Positions 59,001 to 64,000 of a stretch of DNA of 64,000 nt are shown piece after piece. The stretch lies in contig SMSO01000035.1 in NCBI GenBank assembly GCA_004764695.1, positions 558,001 to 622,000 on the forward strand, given 5' to 3'. Both the position numbers and the translations under genes were made by a program. Each line of letters begins with the position of its first letter. Within the stretch, counting starts at the first letter, position 1. The notes under the pieces were generated by a model. It was not told where the DNA came from and did no database searches. It saw only the letters and a list, made by a program, of their open reading frames with translations. The DNA comes from Schizochytrium sp. TIO01. Its lineage: Eukaryota; Protista; Bigyra: Labyrinthulomycetes.

Positions 59001-62000
59001 CTACCTTGACACTGTAGGATTTAGAAGAGTCCGCATCATATGCATCTAAGAGCAACTCTCCAGGAGCAAGCTCTGAAGCAGTAATTGTTGCCATGATTGA
59101 TTCTAGTTTCCGAGTCGTTCGTAACAAACGTTGGCGTTTACGTCGTAGGCATAACCTAAAAGGAAGAGCTGGTGCCCCAAAGTTGCGTTGGCGAGGACGC
59201 TCGAGCGCAAGAAGCTCGAGAAGTCGGCGATAAAGGGCGATATCATCGCGTGGGGGGCGCCGGGGGTCCCTCATTTCCACAGAATTAGGACCCAAGAGTT
59301 TGTTAATATCCTTCAGCGGGACTACAGCAAAATAGTTGGCGCTGTCTCGAGGGGAATAAGCGAGAAAAAAGAAATCTTCCGAGATCGGATCTCTGTGAAT
59401 TGCAATGACTAACCGAGTCCTTTTTGATTGCTCAAAAGCAGCCTTTTTAGCCTTCGGAGCAAGATGCGTTGTAGGAGAATCGTACATCGGAACTGTAACT
59501 GATGCGTTATACACACGTACGTCTCGCAAAACTACAGACAATAACTGCACAAGGGCAAGTTTATAGCCATCACTTTGCATTGCAAGATCTCCATTAGCCT
59601 GTGTCGGCCAATGGTCTTGTCGAGGCTCGTAATCTCTTGGAAATTTTTGAATCCCATCTCGAACAGAAATGACAGAGGAAAACACTGTACTCGATGCTTT
59701 AGAGAGGGGATCGGGCGGACCACCCTCTTGGTCAAGAAGTCGAGCAAAGCGGACCACGGAGCGTATCCACCATAGAAGAGTGCTTAGAATTGGATTGTTG
59801 GCTATTGCAGGGTGCTGGACTCCACCCTCTTTCGGGAATGATGGGTGCTGAAAATACTCTTCAATTGCATTCAAGTTATCAGATGGAATTCGATGGATGT
59901 CTAAGTTTGCCATACGCTCGGATAGATTCCCCAATCTCAAATCTAATAATGGCAACGCTTGCTCCCAAGTAACAGCTCCTACTCGATTGTCTGGACCGGA
60001 GAAGTTTCTGTGCGGCGTGAGAGCGATAATTAAAGCTTCAATTATCATCACGATCCCGGGAGGAGGATCTCTGATCTTTGCAAGGGCAGTAAGTTGGCGA
60101 ATGCTAGATGGCGAAGCGAGCAGAAACTCGGCAGAGCACCGATCCTCCAACAACATTTTAAGGACATTACTAGGAACACCTCCTGTCAAAGGACTAGGAG
60201 ATTCATTACGATCTAGTGAAGAATCACCAGAGTATGAGTACCTTCCTTGCTCGGTGCCAAAGGATTTGTCCCGATCATCCCGATCGTTTACTCTACCATT
60301 TCTATCTTCAAATTCATTCGTCTTTCGCTCATTAGTGTTAAAAGCTGCATCAGAAAGCACAGCACGAGCTACAGTATCGATACCTGTGAACATTTCTTCC
60401 TCTGCTATGATTGCTGGTGGCCAATTTCTACTTTCTGCATTTCGGGCACCCTGGTTGAGCTCTCGAGGACCACGGTTGCGATCGTCACCTTTAATAAGAA
60501 TAAACATAGGTCGAGGCTCAAGGGTCGAGCGAGCAACTGTGAAGCGACGATTGAACGCATTTCGCTCCCGGGCAGCCATACCAACGCAAACGTCGAGAAT
60601 TATTGAATGACCTCCATTGAGAATTTCTTGAAGAATCCCGATGTCAAACTTATCATGAGATACATGTACAAAAGTGCCAGGTAGAAGTTTTTTTATTTGC
60701 ACACAAATTTCTTGGCGCGCACCTAGCGGAATGTCATCGGAGACAGCAACAAGCAGGGGTCTTGGCCTGCTGATGCGGCAGCGTAAAAGTTCTTGCGGGA
60801 CATAATTGTCTGGATCAATTACGTCACTGTCGTAGTCGGTTTCAGAAGGCTCCCAGAGCTCTAAACCTGTTGGATCGTCCGCGTGAAGAACAGCTTTCCA
60901 CTCTGGCCAATCATAGGCACCTGGCTCAATGAACTCTGGAATTATTTCTTGACATGCCACTATATACTGAAGCCACTGTAGCAAAAACTGTGCAGCACGT
61001 GATCCACGTTCAATAAATGCCATACGTTTGACTGTCATATTAGGATCATGCATATACCGGCGCACTGCGATAATTCGGTCCTCGTGCAAATACATACATC
61101 CCATACGCGCTGCAACTGCCAAAGTCTTTACCTTTTCTAAGAAGTAGCTCCGGCGAAGACCACGTTTACACGCCTTCCAGTTAATTAAACGCTCTTGTAG
61201 AGGATCAGGAGCTCGTGTCCCCCGTGCTGTCAAGATGAGGCAGCACTTTACCATAGCAAAAGCTTCGGGTTCAATTTCATCAGCTTTGGCCGCTGCCAGC
61301 TCAAGAACATCACTCTGAAAGAATGAATTGGTCAATGAGATAGCTGCCATACCGAGTTCGCGAAGACGATGTTTATTAATTGCTCGTCGTCGACCCCGAA
61401 GCCCACGATATGTCTTTTGAATTTGAGTCGCAGCTTCCTTTCGGCGTTTTGCAGTCTTGATTTCCCACACTCTCTTGCGCGCTACATGACCTCTCCATAA
61501 ACTTTCGATTAAAACACTAGCGTCTCGACGCCTTCGAACTAAGTTTGCTCGTCGCTTGCCTTGGTAGCCCCGCCAAGCGCTTTGAATGCGAAGAGAACTA
61601 TTAGAATATAGTGAAAAGGTGCGATTATAACGGAGTCTTCCCAACCTACCACGTACAACTCTTTCGATTTCTGTGGCAGCCGAATCCTCAATTCTAATAA
61701 GAGGTTGAATAGGAGGCTCTTCTAGGTACAAGTCACTCTCATCAATGAGCTCCCCGGTATGATCTTCTAGATTCTCACCTTCAGGAATATCCACTGCGGC
61801 TGCAAAAACATCGCCCTGTCTCTGTTTCCTTTCGATAGTTTCCTGGCGTATTCGAAGCTGGTCTTTCCTCTGTCGTTCGTGGAATTGTTTGCGGACAACC
61901 TCCTTTCGTTCGACCATCATTTTGCGGTTAATAAGATCAGCTTGCCTTCGTTCCACTTCAAGCTCTGTTTGGGAAATGAATGAAGCTTTCACAAGGGCCG

Positions 62001-63348
62001 CACGCTCACGACGAGCAGCTTCACGAGGGCCAGGTACTGACATATTCTGAGATTCCTCTTGCCCTCTTTCAGCCTCGAGTGTCGCCAAGTCTGCGCGAGC
62101 CTTCTCAAGGTTTGCCTGCAGAAGGAATAGCTCCTTTTCCAGTGCTTGATTTTCAGATTGCGCCCTACGAAGCTCAAGGTCAAGCTGGGCACCACGACTT
62201 CGACGCCGCGGTACATTCTTTTTACCACGAGCACGCTCTTGATTCAATAAACCAAGGTTGCCACCTTCTTTCGCCTTTTCCATTATATATTTTCCATTGG
62301 GCCATTGTCTACGATCGGCACCGTTGCTTAAAACATCAAGCACCTCAGGTGGCTCAGCAACCTTAAATGTATGACGGCCATGGGAGTTACTTTTGTCTTT
62401 TCCCAAACCTGTAGGGACGATCTGTCCTATGGAGTTTCGAGTGTAGACACCATGCATTTCCTCCTCCTGAAGTAATATTCTTTCTGCTTCCAAGATGCGG
62501 ATCATGTCCACTTCCTCACGAGGAGCAGTCAAAATCAACGAGCTTGCCTCTGGCTTGCCAGTCTTTGGTTTGCCCGCACGTTGCTCATGCTGGGGAGTAG
62601 TTGGAGGCATTTTCATATCTGGGTCATTAATTACAGGAGTTTCATAAGGAGTTTTAGTTGCTGTCCGAGAGTTTTCTGGCGCACCCCGAATACGCTTCCG
62701 AGATTTGGGGTTTTTGTGTGCTGGTGATGATGTTTTCGAGACCCGGCCAGGGATAAGAGGCTCATTTGCTGCAGGACTATCATCTAATGTGCGTGAAATC
62801 ATGAATGGATTTCGGATAGCTGATGTCCCTAACCAAGATTCGATAGTAGAGCTTTTTGCAAGGAAATCAAGATCTGATGCGATTCGCAGCAAATAGTTAG
62901 TCCCATTCCACACAAATTGTGAGCCAGCGGGAGCCCCACGCTTCCACCGAATGACATTATCAATGACGTCAAGTGTCACTGTTCGTAAGAGGTCAGCAAG
63001 ATCAACAAACTCATGCTGTTTCTCGGCAAGTGCCGCACCAGAAAGACCTCGAATACGATCTATGTAATTCTCGCGTAAGACAATACATTTGAGTACTTCG
63101 ACCTCTCGCAAAGGATCACTACCACTGGGACGTTGAAATGTGACCCCACCGCTAGCTGTCACCATAGATCGCGTGACAACAGGGATCCCTTCTGCTGTTG
63201 AAGAAAGATCACTACGTGCATCGCGGCTCTTCGCATCAACCCGGGCGCGCTTTGTCTCTCTCTCTACAGAAAGAAGTCGCTTTTGCACATGTCTACTCCT
63301 CGCTACACGACAATGCGGATCGCGAAGTGCATCGTAAGCTGACGACAT
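56032..63348 (-). CDS. Large IQ-motif/coiled-coil protein with two dynein microtubule-binding-domain-like modules
   Basis: 2438-aa ORF with four IQ-like motifs (IERVVRGRLGR, IQSAWRGYQGK, IESLWRGHVAR, IQKTYRGLRGR). MTBD-like segments lie at ~61330-60960 and ~60100-59745. Confidence 0.75.
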   Translation of the reverse strand: MSSAYDALRDPHCRVARSRHVQKRLLSVERETKRARVDAKSRDARSDLSSTAEGIPVVTRSMVTASGGVTFQRPSGSDPLREVEVLKCIVLRENYIDRIRGLSGAALAEKQHEFVDLADLLRTVTLDVIDNVIRWKRGAPAGSQFVWNGTNYLLRIASDLDFLAKSSTIESWLGTSAIRNPFMISRTLDDSPAANEPLIPGRVSKTSSPAHKNPKSRKRIRGAPENSRTATKTPYETPVINDPDMKMPPTTPQHEQRAGKPKTGKPEASSLILTAPREEVDMIRILEAERILLQEEEMHGVYTRNSIGQIVPTGLGKDKSNSHGRHTFKVAEPPEVLDVLSNGADRRQWPNGKYIMEKAKEGGNLGLLNQERARGKKNVPRRRSRGAQLDLELRRAQSENQALEKELFLLQANLEKARADLATLEAERGQEESQNMSVPGPREAARRERAALVKASFISQTELEVERRQADLINRKMMVERKEVVRKQFHERQRKDQLRIRQETIERKQRQGDVFAAAVDIPEGENLEDHTGELIDESDLYLEEPPIQPLIRIEDSAATEIERVVRGRLGRLRYNRTFSLYSNSSLRIQSAWRGYQGKRRANLVRRRRDASVLIESLWRGHVARKRVWEIKTAKRRKEAATQIQKTYRGLRGRRRAINKHRLRELGMAAISLTNSFFQSDVLELAAAKADEIEPEAFAMVKCCLILTARGTRAPDPLQERLINWKACKRGLRRSYFLEKVKTLAVAARMGCMYLHEDRIIAVRRYMHDPNMTVKRMAFIERGSRAAQFLLQWLQYIVACQEIIPEFIEPGAYDWPEWKAVLHADDPTGLELWEPSETDYDSDVIDPDNYVPQELLRCRISRPRPLLVAVSDDIPLGARQEICVQIKKLLPGTFVHVSHDKFDIGILQEILNGGHSIILDVCVGMAARERNAFNRRFTVARSTLEPRPMFILIKGDDRNRGPRELNQGARNAESRNWPPAIIAEEEMFTGIDTVARAVLSDAAFNTNERKTNEFEDRNGRVNDRDDRDKSFGTEQGRYSYSGDSSLDRNESPSPLTGGVPSNVLKMLLEDRCSAEFLLASPSSIRQLTALAKIRDPPPGIVMIIEALIIALTPHRNFSGPDNRVGAVTWEQALPLLDLRLGNLSERMANLDIHRIPSDNLNAIEEYFQHPSFPKEGGVQHPAIANNPILSTLLWWIRSVVRFARLLDQEGGPPDPLSKASSTVFSSVISVRDGIQKFPRDYEPRQDHWPTQANGDLAMQSDGYKLALVQLLSVVLRDVRVYNASVTVPMYDSPTTHLAPKAKKAAFEQSKRTRLVIAIHRDPISEDFFFLAYSPRDSANYFAVVPLKDINKLLGPNSVEMRDPRRPPRDDIALYRRLLELLALERPRQRNFGAPALPFRLCLRRKRQRLLRTTRKLESIMATITASELAPGELLLDAYDADSSKSYSVKVGSELVEKICSLTSSSRERRDLLSKRGNKMMLHIVDRLMLRRATSRRPSDLLVHHGVVPGRKIFEGSISLSGKKHVVSVHVASATKALRVVTYYPPTSYRSEFLLSARARMLLLGTLNEGDRAGWLERLFGRLHLHKPNSISRFGRTMSGSSESSETDERIAVLDKSIHKLTSRVLRLESSPDNDPSKPRGPLLVLEFCISPTLIRIQGQDDERFYEDDLADDTLLANFRQDTASSELLDILAYDRVTGTRYRLGLSEAQVEQLLGQNAVFECTESCFMNLAATLRLEETSATSIPTESTLTKTGATELDRNNGSANTGDPARLVALHVETNTIVSSAETKLPDRESGKSESAAKSTGGQQPFAMSLLPDVISAEVVVENLDATRSIPVGERSSKPSGELVYRHGHKIGQNEGRYVVFEVWRQEALSISMDNMFSHAVVPQFSYRLDAYEPATENRSAIILDSVDLLRSAVGSKQDLLGKDKENELIRFLLQERLFVDPSSETLKLCIAKSRLFTIDKVTPINKSQFADLEANNSKITESGSEKDGTVLILPSQQHDVSQERGFKLLSMGVSIPILHETTSNIVELNIVSFFESDMDDLYKEQGGGRAPGLRIYAYNPLRQTNLLLQLRGPDLIEALEGDRLMLDVHRRQDMLRVLIPLLRIRRNLDPQIPDVLLLPWTKLRREKLFSAPPPVRSVSTNAQNRVKKLFSTGIFTANNVSVIVSAQLVPKTAESDVGSKLQKEEKDQGVVTDQSGQSSLMALWVQVYEPGLGLKAHIRIPIVKETAPILEAALEGEKKSLITKQLLVDLLRSKLIIKHMYDQIEKQTAIVAILEGLDPTEQADAHLQRMVESGVGITIEDIQGSDHHPYQEPTSPDNATNNNKLFILPSVVSGRLLAKKVAKLSGMYTVLTGHALVDKDNESNLRGVHIRAYCPTISQQASTSVDMCFIQSLSGEQIEEKAKQLLEDVQVIFDGVETHMKVLVNTTKKGES

Positions 63349-64000
63349 CGCCCTTGTTTGTCTTCACAAACGATTGCCTTTGCCGCCGGCAAGCCTTCAC
63401 TTAAGGCACAGATGTACGATAGAGCAGATTGTTGCGCAAATTTGAAGGCCAGTCGCAACCTGATCACTATTCTTGTGCGAAAAGCTGTTTCTCGCTGTAT
63501 ATATGAGGTTGCGTTTAAGTAGCTAAGAAATTAGCAATGCATCTATTACATTACTATGATAGCAAGCTTAATTCATTCAAATCAATGCTGAGAGAAAGAG
63601 GTTCTAAACTAATTTACGCAAACCGGAAGGTTCTAGTCTTAAACTGTATTGAAAAAGCAGCAGGTGTATGCTGATATTCAAAACTATCTACAGATAACCT
63701 AGTTATACGGTACCTTGTGTCTGTCTTTGATTTTCCTTCACCATCCTTCCCTTCATATTTTTGTCGAAGAGTCCTGGTTTGACCTTCCTTAAACTTTTGA
63801 ATAAAACAAAGATCCGTTCATTTGAACTTTGGCATTCCCACGTGTGTACTTGAGGTCGTTAGTATAACGGGAGGCCTCATCTATGATACTTATTTTCGTA
63901 GACTCCTTATTTGCCCCCCCCCCCCCCCCCCAAATTGAAAATGGGAATGCCTTCAACTACCTATACTAATACTAACTAGCTTGCACCTGTATACACTATC

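Noticed and set aside
12760-60610. Long antisense or alternative-frame ORFs (e.g. 12760-13470, 26025-26762, 41822-42499, 59897-60610)
   Set aside because: These are shadows of well-supported genes, with no domain motifs of their own.
63914-63932. Poly-C tract as a G-quadruplex or regulatory element
   Set aside because: An isolated homopolymer of uncertain length at the window edge, with no supporting context.

Overview
Eukaryotic, gene-dense, nearly intron-free DNA. Flagellar genes and GTAGGTA/TACCTAC-rich AT spacers suggest a zoosporic stramenopile such as a thraustochytrid (inference). All protein assignments come from motif recognition by eye; no searches were run. Host genes: an ODA docking-complex-like coiled-coil protein, uridine kinase, an LCAT/group XV phospholipase A2, a Kir channel, a ~5,600-aa VPS13 split by one 1,763-bp intron, a VOC-fold protein, a GATase1-WD40 fusion, a CaaX protein, an LRR protein and a large IQ protein with two dynein-MTBD-like modules. 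Three accessory regions stand out. (1) An ~11-kb block (~38.3-49.8 kb) between two divergent host genes holds two head-to-head, unrelated DDE-type transposase ORFs. One is DUF6729/Dada-like with a C-terminal Ulp1 protease. The other is piggyBac-like with a YqaJ/lambda-exonuclease domain (itself carrying a SAP-like motif) inserted in its catalytic core and a Cys-rich tail in the +1 frame. This is the best candidate for an undescribed system. (2) A decayed IS607-type TnpA + Fanzor2/TnpB element (~6.5-8.3 kb) with a possible omegaRNA remnant. (3) A young 214-bp tandem array with 3-unit higher-order structure fills the VPS13 intron. No rRNA, tRNA or CRISPR array was found, and element termini could not be fixed from this window alone.
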